Assembly (NCBI GenBank): GCA_018222345.1
Contig: JAAFAL010000003.1
Location: forward strand, 593-64,592
Length of the DNA: 64,000 nt
Reading direction: 5' to 3'
Source of the DNA: a bacterium
GTDB lineage: Bacteria > Pseudomonadota > Gammaproteobacteria > Nevskiales > OUC007
In this document: piece after piece, positions 10,208 through 20,169 of the stretch
Layout of the letters: the number at the start of each line of letters is the position of its first letter
Position numbering within the stretch: the first letter of the stretch is position 1
The notes under the pieces: generated by a model
Told to the model about the DNA's origin: nothing
Database searches by the model: none
What the model saw: the letters and a program-made list of their open reading frames with translations, nothing else
Made by a program: the position numbers and the translations under genes

Positions 10208-10650
10208 CAGGCGTAGATCGATTCGATCGTCACCAGCACACCCTGCGCCGGGTCCAGCGGCAGAGCCCACGGCGCGCCCCAAGGCTGGCCCACCGAATGG
10301 TGGTTGCCGGCAATCAGATGCAACTCCAGATACAGCGGTTTGAGCGAGGATGCCACCGTGCTCATGTCAAAAGACGCGATGTCCTGGGAAAACCGCAGAA
10401 AGTTGGTGCCCTGCGGAGAGGCGGCTGCGACAAGCCCACCTGCTTCGTCGAACGCATCCTGCACGAGTGACCAATTGAATCCGACGGCCTGGCCGGTCAC
10501 CTCGCGCTGTCCCTGCTGACCCTGCTCCCAAACAAACAACCGGTAGTAGTACTGTTTGCCGGGCGTCAGCCCGCGCCAACGTGCAGTCGCCTCGTCATGC
10601 TGTACTTCAATCTTGGCCACACGAACCCCCAAAGTCCGAGAAAGCGCCAC
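10207..10650 (-). CDS. hypothetical 147-aa protein, beta-rich, no signal peptide
   Basis: GTG start. The sequence ...WRGLTPGKQYYYRLFVWEQG... is reminiscent of FN3/beta-sandwich strands. It is translationally coupled to 8633..10207. I recognise no family. Confidence 0.5.
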   Translation of the reverse strand: MALSRTLGVRVAKIEVQHDEATARWRGLTPGKQYYYRLFVWEQGQQGQREVTGQAVGFNWSLVQDAFDEAGGLVAAASPQGTNFLRFSQDIASFDMSTVASSLKPLYLELHLIAGNHHSVGQPWGAPWALPLDPAQGVLVTIESIYA

Positions 10651-10714
10651 CCGAATCGAATTGAGCCCCCCGAATGCAGAATACCCTATCGCGCGACGCC
10701 CCTCATGGGATTCT

Positions 10715-10763
10715 GGAAAAGCAGTGCACAGCCCGGCCGCGGCGGTGCGCCGCGGCCGGGCTG
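10715..10763 (-). terminator. rho-independent terminator of the katG remnant
   Basis: 14-bp GC stem cagcccggccgcgg/ccgcggccgggctg with a 7-nt loop. On the minus strand it is followed by ctgcttttcc. Confidence 0.6.
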
Positions 10764-10779
10764 CACGGGTGGTCGATGC

Positions 10780-11339
<560 letters not shown>

Positions 11340-11459
11340 TTTACTATGCTGGTGACATCCCCATCTGAAACGACGCGGTCAGCAACCCTTGGAGACTTAA
11401 CGGCGGCAATAGTCAATGGCGTTGTTGGCAAAGTGGGCTTGAGTTGCGTGCCCGCCTCC

Positions 11460-11726
11460 TCAGGAGACCCCGCAAGCCCCACGGAAGGTGTTCTTCTCGG
11501 CTAGGGTCTCGCCCCGTGCGTTGAAGGTCGAGTAGCGAAGCTTTGGCTCCTTGGCCCATTTAGGGATTAACGACCAACTCCGAGCCTTGTAGCCCTCAGC
11601 GCCGATAGTACCGACCGTCATCGTGGGCCTTAGGTTGTATTCAATCTCAGACGCATCGCGCCACCGCGGGATATCGCCGACCCACAACTGCATTCGCCTC
11701 ACGTGTTGCTCAAAGCCTCCGCACAT
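11460..11726 (-). pseudogene. SOS-response-associated peptidase (SRAP/YedK family), N-terminal fragment
   Basis: Starts MCGGF (SRAP catalytic Cys2). It contains ...WSLIPKWAKEP...STFNARGETLAEKNTFRGA and then stops at 88 aa, versus about 200+ aa for the family. I found no continuation in the other frames. Confidence 0.55.
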
Positions 11727-11929
11727 TCAGCCAAGCTACACGGTTAGCCTGCGCGCGTCCGGCTTTATTTTTGGGCACCCGTGACCATAGTTTTATAATC
11801 GATTCACACGAATTACTTTTGGCAACCGTAGTAGTTAGTCAGCCCAAATTGCCCTTCATCTCCAGACATAGCGATAAAGTGTCCCTGCATAATTGAGCTT
11901 GCGAAGATCGTCAGAGCATAATTCAGTCA

Positions 11930-12592
11930 ATGGGCACACGACATCCACCGCCGCCAAAAGGACTTGACCCCGTATTTACGCAGGTGGGGCGACTGATATA
12001 CAACTGGAATAGAGTGGAAACTGCGGTAAAAATTCTACTCGGAGTGTTGGCCGGAAACACATTGAAATCACATATCCTCGCCACTCACAATGGCAATAGG
12101 TCAATCCAAGAATCACTTAGGACGATTGCAACAGAGTTTCTGGATGAACCTTCAAAGGGTGTGATACTCGGGATTGCGTCAACATTTGGACAACTTCAGG
12201 CAGACCGGAACCTCGTTGTTCACGCGTTCGGTGGATGGTATTCGAGGTTCAATACTGAGTTATATGCTTGGAAGTCAGCTAGAACACAGCATGGCGAAGA
12301 AGGAATTGGACCCCGCCCTCCCGGAGAAGATGTACACATCGGCGGTTACATAAATGCTTACAAAGCGCAGGGGAAATTCATTGCCCGCCGCGGAAAATTG
12401 GAAGCCCCTCAGGCTGCAGAAATCGCCGACACTTTTCATGCGCTGTACGCCCACATTGAAGAGGTCATAGAGCACTTCCGTGGCGATGACTCACCGCTCC
12501 CCGAAAAGTTTGCCGGGACACCCCTTCTTAAAACCACGAATGAACATGTTCGAGATAACTTCGTGTTTCAGTATGGAGCGGACGAGGACTGA
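11930..12592 (+). CDS. hypothetical protein, 220 aa, in the lower-G+C segment
   Basis: Clean ATG ORF followed by a terminator hairpin. Composition is visibly AT-richer than the flanks. No recognisable motif. Confidence 0.5.
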   Translation: MGTRHPPPPKGLDPVFTQVGRLIYNWNRVETAVKILLGVLAGNTLKSHILATHNGNRSIQESLRTIATEFLDEPSKGVILGIASTFGQLQADRNLVVHAFGGWYSRFNTELYAWKSARTQHGEEGIGPRPPGEDVHIGGYINAYKAQGKFIARRGKLEAPQAAEIADTFHALYAHIEEVIEHFRGDDSPLPEKFAGTPLLKTTNEHVRDNFVFQYGADED

Positions 12593-12623
12593 CTAAAGAT
12601 GCCACGCATGTCCAAAACGAAAA

Positions 12624-12641
12624 AAGAGGCGCTAGCCTCTT
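12624..12641 (+). terminator. terminator hairpin after 11930..12592
   Basis: aagaggc-gcta-gcctctt, preceded by an A-run and followed by aatt (could act in both directions). Confidence 0.5.
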
Positions 12642-12660
12642 AATTCGGAGCAATGCTCTT

Positions 12661-12735
12661 AATTCCGTGTGGGACTTGAACCCACGACCTCGCCCTTCGT
12701 CAAAGAGCGGCTCTATCCAACTGAGCTAACGGACT
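12661..12735 (-). tRNA. tRNA-Val(GAC)-like sequence, probably degenerate
   Basis: Hand fold: D arm gctc/gagc, anticodon stem gctct/agggc with loop ttGACga, T arm gtggg-ttcaagt-cccac. Against a functional call: a G2:A71 acceptor mismatch, a 6-nt variable region, G37 and no encoded CCA. Confidence 0.45.
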
Positions 12736-12925
12736 GAAGTATTTGACCGCGTTGTACTGCACATAGTTCCACATGTATTCGGTAAGAGCGCACTGAGCAG
12801 TCAGGCACTGGCACGCGCCGCCAAAGCCAACCGAACTTGCAAAGTGGTGCAACTCAGTGGTGTAATCCAAATCTCACAGGCCTTATAAGCTGTTGATTTT
12901 AATGAATTTTACTCTGGGCCTGAAT

Positions 12926-12944
12926 AGTCCGCCCCTAGCTACCA
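12926..12944 (+). repeat. copy B of the tRNA-Met 3' end (att-like), 19/19 nt
   Basis: agtccgcccctagctacca is identical to 8525..8543. A paralogous downstream module gccgagcaaaccgccgccccttcgggtcgggg follows after exactly 36 nt, as at the tRNA. Confidence 0.75.
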
Positions 12945-13015
12945 CTTCTCCAGTTCCGAGCGTTCACCTGCGAATGCAGCGCCGAGCAAACCGCCGCCCC
13001 TTCGGGTCGGGGTTA

Positions 13016-13137
13016 TTCGGGCCATCCTTGGCCCTCACCCTACGGGCTCGCTGCGCTCGTTCAAATTCGTTCCGGACGCATTTGTTTTCGGGCCATCCTT
13101 GGCCCTCACCCTACGGGCTCGCTGCGCTCGTTCAAAT
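13016..13137 (+). repeat. two perfect 51-bp direct repeats, period 71 bp
   Basis: ttcgggccatccttggccctcaccctacgggctcgctgcgctcgttcaaat occurs at 13016..13066 and 13087..13137. Confidence 0.9.
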
Positions 13138-13155
13138 CGGCTCCCTGCCTATTTG

Positions 13156-13176
13156 TCGAGTCCGCCCCTAGCTACC
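13156..13176 (+). repeat. copy C of the tRNA-Met 3' end (att-like), 21/21 nt
   Basis: tcgagtccgcccctagctacc is identical to 8522..8542. The next base is c instead of a. A related module gccgagtcaatcgccggcccttcggg again follows after 36 nt. Confidence 0.75.
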
Positions 13177-13279
13177 CATGTTCCCGCCTGAGGCAAAGTC
13201 GCTAGATCGCAGCGCCGAGTCAATCGCCGGCCCTTCGGGCTCGCTGCCGACTTGTTGAGTCCGCTGACGCTACGCTCAA

Positions 13280-13570
13280 CTAGAGTTCAGCCCAGGCTAC
13301 GGTCCGCTCCGTGGGCGCCGAAATTTCAATCGGCACGAGTTCGATCTGCTGGCGAATTTCCACTAGCGCGGCATTGCCCTGCACGGCGATCTGCTGCCCG
13401 ACCGGCAGCGCAACAAGAGCTTGTGTGGGCACTAGGCTGGCTTTGGTCACGCTGGCATTGCGTGGCTTGGCGTCATCACACGCCGTCGCCGGCAATGCGG
13501 CCATCACGGCCATCGCGGTGGCCAATCCAAGTAGTAGTGTTGCGCTGTGGGTAATCTTACGGCGTGCCAT
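13280..13570 (-). CDS. small periplasmic protein, 96 aa, unknown function
   Basis: Inner ATG with GGAGAG RBS. Signal peptide MARRKITHSATLLLGLATAMAVMAALPATA|CDD. Lies downstream of the 12-TM protein gene. Confidence 0.55.
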   Translation of the reverse strand: MARRKITHSATLLLGLATAMAVMAALPATACDDAKPRNASVTKASLVPTQALVALPVGQQIAVQGNAALVEIRQQIELVPIEISAPTERTVAWAEL

Positions 13571-13675
13571 GAGTCTCTCCGATGTCTGGGGTGTCACTGC
13601 CTCGTGTGTGGGCAGTTACAGGTTCAGACGCAGAGCGCAGGCAAATGGTTGTCTGGCAGCTTGGCTAGCAGGCTG

Positions 13676-15229
13676 CTAGCGCAACAACATCACCGTCAGT
13701 GGTTGCGCCAATATCCACAACCCGGCCACGGTGAATGCCACCATCAACACCAACATGGGCAACTGGCTGACCATGGCCTGGCGGCGGCTGGCGAAAACAT
13801 TGAGTGCCACGCGGTGGGCCATCCAGATGCTGACGATGTGCCCGGCCAGAATCAGCCCCACTTGGCTGTGCCACACCACGCCCATGTCCGGCAGGATAGG
13901 GGCGCGGAAATGCATCGCGGTGCCGAACAAATCCCACCGCCACCCGAACGGATCAGACGCCAGGCTGATGACTTTGAGGCCATGGCTGAGCAGCAAGGTG
14001 GCGTAGTGAGTGAGGTGATACACCACGGCGATGGGCAGCAGGGTGTAGCCAAAATCCAGTGCCAGTTGGCGTAGGCTGCGCGGCGTTTGCGTCAGCAACT
14101 TGGCCAGCGCAATGGTGAACAGATACAGCGCCAGATAAATGAACGGCGAGACCAGCAACCAGAAAGTGCACCACGCTTTATAGAGCGGCTGCACCTGGGG
14201 AATGGCGCGGATGGGCTCTGCGCCGGCCCATTGCGTCAGCCAGCCGGTGGGGTCGCCCCAGAACAGGCTCACCCACCACTGCGTGGCCTTGAGGCCATCA
14301 AATGCTGTAGTCGATAACATCGCCAGGGCAAAGGCCACGGTGCTGATGTGCTGTGGACGCTCGATGAGCAGGCCGGCCAGTGGCCAGCGTAGCCGCAGCG
14401 CTCCAGGTTGGCCGGGCGAGCCCGGCACAATTTGCAGCGGCGACAGCACGCCAAGCAGACGCAAAAATACGGCAAAGATTTCGCAGTGGCGAAACCAGGC
14501 CGCGGCGCCTACCAGCCACACGCCTGCCAAATTCAGCGCCGTGTAAGCCGCGAGCCATTGGGCCAAATCCGCTGGCCGGCCGTGGCCTAGCAGCTCAAAC
14601 CAAATGAAGCCCATGTACAAAGCCAGTGCCGGCCAATCGCCCAGCCAGGCCGGATATGCCAGCCGACCACGCAAGTAGCCGCGCCAGATTCGCCCTACAC
14701 CTGCCGCCAGCGCCTGCCACGGGTTGGCCGCCGCATAAAAGTTGCCGAACAACACCGTGAGGTACGGCACCAGCAGCACGAAAATGATCCAGAAAAACGG
14801 CATGCTGAAGTTGCGCATGGGGTCGCGGCTGCCCCAATAGCCGGTGGCGATGCACAGCAACAGCAAGCCCACGGCCAGCAACTGCAACCCTGGGCGGACA
14901 CGCCGCAGCGCGCGGGCCACGGCAGAATCGCTCGGGTCAAATTGGCGCGGCGGCTTGCTGGCGCCGGAGCCGGTCAGGAACAGGCAAGCCACCATGAACG
15001 ACACGATGACCGCCGCCGCGGCACCCCAGCCATACAGCCAAAACGGCACTGGCAGGTTGTACAGCGCGCCGAAACCGTGGGCGGCCGCCGAATCAGCGTT
15101 AAAGCCGGCTAGCGCGGCTGTTGCCACGGCCAGCCTGCGCAGGCGGGTTCGCGCGCTGGCAGCGCTTTGGCGGCTGGCACTTGTCGGGCTTCCTGCCCTC
15201 CAAGCCCCTACCGCCGTCCGGCCCACCAT
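13676..15229 (-). CDS. polytopic (~12 TM) inner-membrane protein, unknown family
   Basis: About twelve hydrophobic segments. The start is uncertain: I chose ATG 15229 (MVGRTAVGAW...RTRLRRLAVATAALAGFNADSAAA|HGFG). ORF-track start 15295 would run into the REP-like hairpin. TM His motifs YHLTHY and GHIVSIWMAH are present. Confidence 0.6.
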   Translation of the reverse strand: MVGRTAVGAWRAGSPTSASRQSAASARTRLRRLAVATAALAGFNADSAAAHGFGALYNLPVPFWLYGWGAAAAVIVSFMVACLFLTGSGASKPPRQFDPSDSAVARALRRVRPGLQLLAVGLLLLCIATGYWGSRDPMRNFSMPFFWIIFVLLVPYLTVLFGNFYAAANPWQALAAGVGRIWRGYLRGRLAYPAWLGDWPALALYMGFIWFELLGHGRPADLAQWLAAYTALNLAGVWLVGAAAWFRHCEIFAVFLRLLGVLSPLQIVPGSPGQPGALRLRWPLAGLLIERPQHISTVAFALAMLSTTAFDGLKATQWWVSLFWGDPTGWLTQWAGAEPIRAIPQVQPLYKAWCTFWLLVSPFIYLALYLFTIALAKLLTQTPRSLRQLALDFGYTLLPIAVVYHLTHYATLLLSHGLKVISLASDPFGWRWDLFGTAMHFRAPILPDMGVVWHSQVGLILAGHIVSIWMAHRVALNVFASRRQAMVSQLPMLVLMVAFTVAGLWILAQPLTVMLLR

Positions 15230-15283
15230 CCATGGCGGGCGTTCACTGCTGGCGCAGTTCACCCCCATCCGCCCTTTGGACAC

Positions 15284-15336
15284 CTTCCCCCGCAAGCGGG
15301 AGAAGGAAATAGAGCCCCCTCTCCCTGAGGGAGAGG
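15284..15336. repeat. REP-like extragenic hairpins
   Basis: cttcccccgc-aa-gcgggagaag (one mismatch) and cctctccc-tga-gggagagg, followed by ggggtgagggg. This type of palindromic unit is common in intergenic DNA of high-G+C proteobacteria. Confidence 0.5.
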
Positions 15337-15406
15337 CGTGCGCAGCAGGACGCGGCGCGTAGCGCGGGGTGAGGGGATTGATGGCCGAGTATCCCTTCCC
15401 TACACG

Positions 15407-17659
15407 CTAGCGCGGCACCTCGTCAGGCGTGGGCAGGGTTTGTGCGTTGGCCGAGGCCTCCAGGGTTTGCTCCCACATGCGCAAGTAGGTTTCGGCCGAG
15501 CTGTACAAGGTGTCCAGCGCGTCCTGCCCGCCTTCAAGACGGATCTCTTCGACGATGTCGGCAATCATGCCGTAGTGGAACATGCCGGCCTCATTCACAT
15601 CCCACATCTTGCCGCCATCAACAGGCACGGTGAGCATATCGACTGTGATGGGGGCCACGTTGGCAAACTGCGGGCCCCAACCTGGGCCATCAAACATGCG
15701 GAAGGGGTAAGCAACGGGCCCGGTTTCCATGATGCGCGCCAAACCACGTGCGCCGGGCAAGTCACGCAGGCCATTGGCATCGGCGCCATAACCGACGGAA
15801 AACTCGCGCGCGGTTCCGGAGGCGTCCCACTGCACGCGCAGGCGGTCCAAAAAGTCCACGTGGCCTTTGCCGTTCTGGTTGATGGGATAAATGATGCCGC
15901 CCTGGCGGATGAGCTGTTGCGCCTGCAAGTTGGTCAAGCCGCCCTGTGCGCCGTGGCCCGACACCATCGGGTAATCCGGCTCGGTGGTCGCCGTGTAGTC
16001 GAGCATGATTTGCTTGCTGCGCAGTTCGGCGTGGTCGATGTCGATGACAAAGCCCTTTTTCATGAGCTTGTCGATGGCGTAGATGCCTAGGTCGGTCACG
16101 TCACGCGCATTGCATTGGCGGCCGGGGCCATACAGCGGCGTTTGGCCATTTGTCCCATCAAGCAATGCCTGCGATATCGGGTCCATGCCCAGCACAGCAC
16201 CGGACGAGGCCTCGAAGCCGGCGTCATAAAAATAACTATCGCCGTTGCCGCTGTCGGGGCACTCATAAGTTTCCCAAAACCGCTGCGTGCCGTTGAAGTT
16301 GACGAAGTTCAGGATCTCGCTGAACAGCCCGGCACCACCAAGTGCACTATCAACATCGTGATACGGAAAGATCTGCCGCACGCCTAAGTCCCAGGCCCGG
16401 TCGATCTCGGCATCGATCTGCTCTTTGGTGCAGGCGCGGGTTTCGCTGCCGTCGGGATTGAAGGTGACGTTGCAGCCAAACACGTTGGAAAATTCCAAGC
16501 CTGGGATCACGGCCATCTTACCGTCGGCGATCACTTGCCGCGCTTCGGCTGGGCTGCGGACGATTCGATAAAAACCCTCACCCGGCCCGCCGAACTGAGC
16601 GTCGATGTAGTCCTGAATGTCGTACAGGTATTCCACCTGCGACACGCCCAGCGGCATGTCGCGGCATTCCACATCCAACTGACCACGTGAAGGCGCCGTG
16701 GCCTGCGCTACCTCGCACAGCGCCTCAATATTGGTGCCGTGGATGGTCATCAGGCGCAGGCCCGACATCCACGCACGCTGTACCCAGCGCCAATACATTT
16801 GCTGGTGGAACTGCGAGTTATGGAACGGCCAATCAATGAAACTTGGCCAGCCCTCGGTGCTATGTGTGCGGCCCGGCTCCATGTCGATCAGCGTGGCCTC
16901 GGGATCGGTTTGTCCATTCTCACCGTGCAACATGGCGCAATCTTTCAGCGCCTCGGTTACACCAAAGCGATTCACTGCCTGGCCATACTGCACGCCGCCT
17001 GCAGACGGGCCGGCATCTTCGCTGCCGTCCGACATTTCGCTGCCCATGGCCATGTGCGTGTGCACCTCAGCAAAGCCCAGCGCAGGCTCGTTCACATTGC
17101 CGGTAAAGGTCTGGCCGGTCACGGCCACTGGCATTTCCGGGTATTCGGCGCAGCCAGTGGCAGGCTCGAACTCCAGTGCTGCAGGCGTCGCGGCAAGCAC
17201 CAGGGCATCGCCATCACCAACGGCCAGCGTGCCGCCCAGGGTGGCGGCGTTGAGCACCTCGCCGGCCTCGGTGAAGGTCCAGTCGGAGCCATCTTCAGGC
17301 ACCGACTGCGGCACGATGCTCACAGCCTCGCCGCTGGCAGTCATCAACTGCTCGTCGGGTGTGTAGAACAAGTAACGCGCCAAATTGGCAGCGCGCATGT
17401 AGAACTTCTCGGCCTCGTCGGCGCTGGCGCCATTGGCCACGAAGCTGTCGCCGTCACGCACTACGTAGTCGCCGTCGGCGCGCATCACCCAGCACTGGTT
17501 GAACAGGTCGAACTTGCCCAGTGCGCCGGTTGGATTGTCGCCGGGGTCAGGGGTGGTCACCACCTGCCCGGACGGTGCGCTGCTATTGCCGCACGCGGCC
17601 AAAATCATGCTGCCTGCTAAAGCGGCAACTCGGGGAATAAGGTTCTGGTTCAAGGCCAC
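15407..17659 (-). CDS. lipoprotein, putative metal-dependent hydrolase (amidohydrolase/dipeptidase-like); family not confidently identified
   Basis: GTG start 5 nt after GGAGGAG. Lipobox MILAAC|GN. Candidate metal-ligand motifs FAEVHTHMA, IDIDHAE and VSGHGAQGG. About 200 N-terminal residues are unassigned. Confidence 0.6.
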   Translation of the reverse strand: MALNQNLIPRVAALAGSMILAACGNSSAPSGQVVTTPDPGDNPTGALGKFDLFNQCWVMRADGDYVVRDGDSFVANGASADEAEKFYMRAANLARYLFYTPDEQLMTASGEAVSIVPQSVPEDGSDWTFTEAGEVLNAATLGGTLAVGDGDALVLAATPAALEFEPATGCAEYPEMPVAVTGQTFTGNVNEPALGFAEVHTHMAMGSEMSDGSEDAGPSAGGVQYGQAVNRFGVTEALKDCAMLHGENGQTDPEATLIDMEPGRTHSTEGWPSFIDWPFHNSQFHQQMYWRWVQRAWMSGLRLMTIHGTNIEALCEVAQATAPSRGQLDVECRDMPLGVSQVEYLYDIQDYIDAQFGGPGEGFYRIVRSPAEARQVIADGKMAVIPGLEFSNVFGCNVTFNPDGSETRACTKEQIDAEIDRAWDLGVRQIFPYHDVDSALGGAGLFSEILNFVNFNGTQRFWETYECPDSGNGDSYFYDAGFEASSGAVLGMDPISQALLDGTNGQTPLYGPGRQCNARDVTDLGIYAIDKLMKKGFVIDIDHAELRSKQIMLDYTATTEPDYPMVSGHGAQGGLTNLQAQQLIRQGGIIYPINQNGKGHVDFLDRLRVQWDASGTAREFSVGYGADANGLRDLPGARGLARIMETGPVAYPFRMFDGPGWGPQFANVAPITVDMLTVPVDGGKMWDVNEAGMFHYGMIADIVEEIRLEGGQDALDTLYSSAETYLRMWEQTLEASANAQTLPTPDEVPR

Positions 17660-17778
17660 GGGGCTCCTCCGTCGCGCCTGTGGGCAGGCGTCTTGGCGTC
17701 AGTCAGTTAAATCCAGAGTTCAGCCTACGGCTGATCCGGTTAAGCGGCAAGGGTAAATTCTACCCCGCTTCGGGCCGA

Positions 17779-19092
17779 CTAATTGGCCGCCTGAGTGGCG
17801 TCAAAGCGCCGCTGCAGGCCATCCCAGCAGTCGATGTAGCCGGCTTGGCGCGCCGCGCTTTCCAGCGCCCAGCGCGTGGGCGCGATGACGTAGCGCGACT
17901 CGAACATGAACGCCAAAGTGTGATCAAGTTTTTGCGGCGCCAGGTCGCTGGCCTCCGCCTTTTCGACCACCGCGGCCTCGGGGCCATGCGGCGAAAAGCA
18001 ATTGTGCAGGCTGGCGCCGCCGGGTTCGAAGCCGGCTTCCTTGGCGTCGTACTGGCCGTGGATCAGGCCCATGAACTCACTCATGACATTGCGGTGGAAC
18101 CACGGCGGGCGGAAAGTGCCCTCGGCCACCAGCCAGCGCGGCGGGAAGATGACGAAATCGACATTGGCCGTGCCCGGTGTCGCCGACGGCGAGGTCAGCA
18201 CGGTGAAGATCGACGGGTCCGGGTGGTCAAAACTGATGCTGCCCATGGTGTTGAAGCGCGCCAGGTCGTACTTGTATGGCACCGAGTTTCCAGTCCAGGC
18301 CACTACGTCCAACGGACAATGATCGATATCGGCCACATGCAGGCCGCCGCAGAACTTGGCAACGATCTGCCAAGGCGCATCGCTATCTTCGTAGGCCGCC
18401 ACAGGCGCCAGAAAATCGCGCTCGTTGGCCAAGCCATTGGCGCCGATGGGCCCGCGCTCGGGCAACACCAGCGGATGGCCGTAGTTTTCGCACACATAGC
18501 CGCGCGCGGTGTCGTCCAGCAACTCGACGGCGAAACGCATGCCACGCGGAACCACCGCAATCTCCCCCGGTGCGGCATGCAAAACGCCGCATTCGGTACG
18601 CAGCCGCAGGCCGCCGTGCTGCGGCACCAAAAGCAACTCGCCGTCGGCGCTGTAGAACACCCGCTGCTGCATCGAGCGGTTGGCCAGATACATGTGGATG
18701 CCAATGCCATGCTGCGTTTGCGCGTTGCCATTGGCGGCCAGAGTCACCAGGCCATCGACAAAATCTTGCGCACGGTCGGGGATGGCAAATGGGCTCCAGC
18801 GCAACACATTCGGCGGCGGCTTGTCGGCCAGCGGCGCGGTGAGCAAGCGCGAATGATCCAGCGGCCGGAAGTCGCCCTGCGTGACACTGGGCCGGATACG
18901 GTAAAACCACGTGCGGCGGTTGTCGGCGCGCGGCGCGGTAAACGCCGTGGTCGAAAACTGCTCGGCATACAAACCCAGCGGTGGGCGCTGCGGGTTGAAT
19001 TGGCCCTGTGGCAGCGCGCCGGCCACGGCTTCACTGTCGAATGTATTGCCAAAGCCACTTTGGTAGTTCGGAGTTGTGGGTGTCTCACTCAT
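17779..19092 (-). CDS. hmgA: homogentisate 1,2-dioxygenase
   Basis: Inner [58 protein letters not shown]... gives 437 aa, the classic HmgA N-terminus and length. The longer ORF-track start (19443) is dropped. Confidence 0.9.
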   Translation of the reverse strand: MSETPTTPNYQSGFGNTFDSEAVAGALPQGQFNPQRPPLGLYAEQFSTTAFTAPRADNRRTWFYRIRPSVTQGDFRPLDHSRLLTAPLADKPPPNVLRWSPFAIPDRAQDFVDGLVTLAANGNAQTQHGIGIHMYLANRSMQQRVFYSADGELLLVPQHGGLRLRTECGVLHAAPGEIAVVPRGMRFAVELLDDTARGYVCENYGHPLVLPERGPIGANGLANERDFLAPVAAYEDSDAPWQIVAKFCGGLHVADIDHCPLDVVAWTGNSVPYKYDLARFNTMGSISFDHPDPSIFTVLTSPSATPGTANVDFVIFPPRWLVAEGTFRPPWFHRNVMSEFMGLIHGQYDAKEAGFEPGGASLHNCFSPHGPEAAVVEKAEASDLAPQKLDHTLAFMFESRYVIAPTRWALESAARQAGYIDCWDGLQRRFDATQAAN

Positions 19093-19146
19093 GCTTAGCA
19101 GTATAGCGACGCACTTGCCCACAGCGGCAGTTGCTGCCAGCCTGCC

Positions 19147-20169
19147 GTGATGCGCACTGTGGCCGCCCGTATCCTCCAACCGCTTTTGCAGTTGCTCGAC
19201 GAGCGTGGCGTGGGCGCGGCTGCTTTGCTCGCCCAATCGGGCATTCCGGACGATGTGATTGATTGCAACGGAATTGCCCGGATCGACGAATCGGCGTTCA
19301 TGCGCTTCTGCGCAGCCGCCAATGCCGCATCGGGCGATCCGACGTTTTGCCTGACCGCGGGATTCTGCAGCAGCCCAGCCCATCTGGGCGTGTTGGGCCA
19401 TGTGTTGCAAAACTGCGCAACCGTTGGCCAGGCGTGGGCGCAACTACAGCGCTATTGGCTGCTCGTGCATGACCAGGAATTGCTACGCATCGCCAAACAA
19501 CGAGACCGCGCAACGGTGGCCCTGCGCCGCGACCCGACCGTAGCCCCGGAAGCCGCCAGGCCGCTGGTGGATTATTTGTTTGCGCTGCTGCTGCGCCTGT
19601 CGGGCAGCCTGACCGGCGGCGAGCAGCGCGGCCGGCACTATTTGCTGGGTGTCGATTGCCGCCATGATGAGCCTGCGGCGGCTGTGTTGGACGCCTATGC
19701 GCTGCACTTTGGCACTGCCACGCTTCGCTTCGGCCAGCCGCGCAACGCCCTGCATTTTGACGCCAAACTGCTGGACCACCCCGTGCCTACTGCCGATACG
19801 GCGCTGCGCAACTTGCTCAGCGATCAGGCCGATCGGCAGCTACAACAACTCCATCCGCACGCCAACATCGTTGCCCAAGTGGAAGGTTTCATCCGCAGCG
19901 CCCTGCCCGGCCAAATCCCGACGCTGACCAGCGCCGCCGAGCACTGCGCCATGAGCCGGGCGACCCTGCAGCGAAAACTTGCAGCCGCCGACACGGGCTA
20001 TCAAGCCTTGGTCGATGGCGTGCGCCATACCCTGGCTGACCAATTGCTCGCCGACCCCGGCCTGAGTATTGGCGAGGTTGCGTTCTCGCTGGGTTACGGC
20101 GACACCGCAGCCTTTCACCATGCTTACAAGCGCTGGACAGGGCTCACGCCGGCGCAGGCGAGGTCTTGA
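19147..20169 (+). CDS. AraC-family transcriptional regulator
   Basis: C-terminal HTH ...[34 protein letters not shown]. Divergent from hmgA. The start is GTG 19147 or ATG 19150. Its 3' end overlaps the convergent transporter gene by 26 nt. Confidence 0.8.
   Translation: MMRTVAARILQPLLQLLDERGVGAAALLAQSGIPDDVIDCNGIARIDESAFMRFCAAANAASGDPTFCLTAGFCSSPAHLGVLGHVLQNCATVGQAWAQLQRYWLLVHDQELLRIAKQRDRATVALRRDPTVAPEAARPLVDYLFALLLRLSGSLTGGEQRGRHYLLGVDCRHDEPAAAVLDAYALHFGTATLRFGQPRNALHFDAKLLDHPVPTADTALRNLLSDQADRQLQQLHPHANIVAQVEGFIRSALPGQIPTLTSAAEHCAMSRATLQRKLAAADTGYQALVDGVRHTLADQLLADPGLSIGEVAFSLGYGDTAAFHHAYKRWTGLTPAQARS

Noticed and set aside
13016-13137. Possible CRISPR array
   Set aside because: There are only two repeat copies with a 20-bp spacer, no further units, and no cas genes in the window.
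12893-13171. 92-aa + ORF spanning the att-like copies and the 51-bp repeats
   Set aside because: It reads through repeated non-coding modules and has no start context. I treat it as repeat DNA.
13281-13310. Similarity between agagttcagcc..acgg here and at about 17715..17740
   Set aside because: There are about 16 matching bases with a 4-nt gap, one copy is coding sequence, and this is compatible with chance in GC-rich DNA.
17680-19098. 472-aa + ORF, and similar long ORFs at 46046..47074, 48009..49115, 58130..59284 and 60451..61656
   Set aside because: All lie antisense to genes with unmistakable conserved motifs (hmgA, smg/topA, LysM/dprA, addA, addB). All have Arg/Gly/Ala/His-rich composition typical of non-coding frames in GC-rich DNA.
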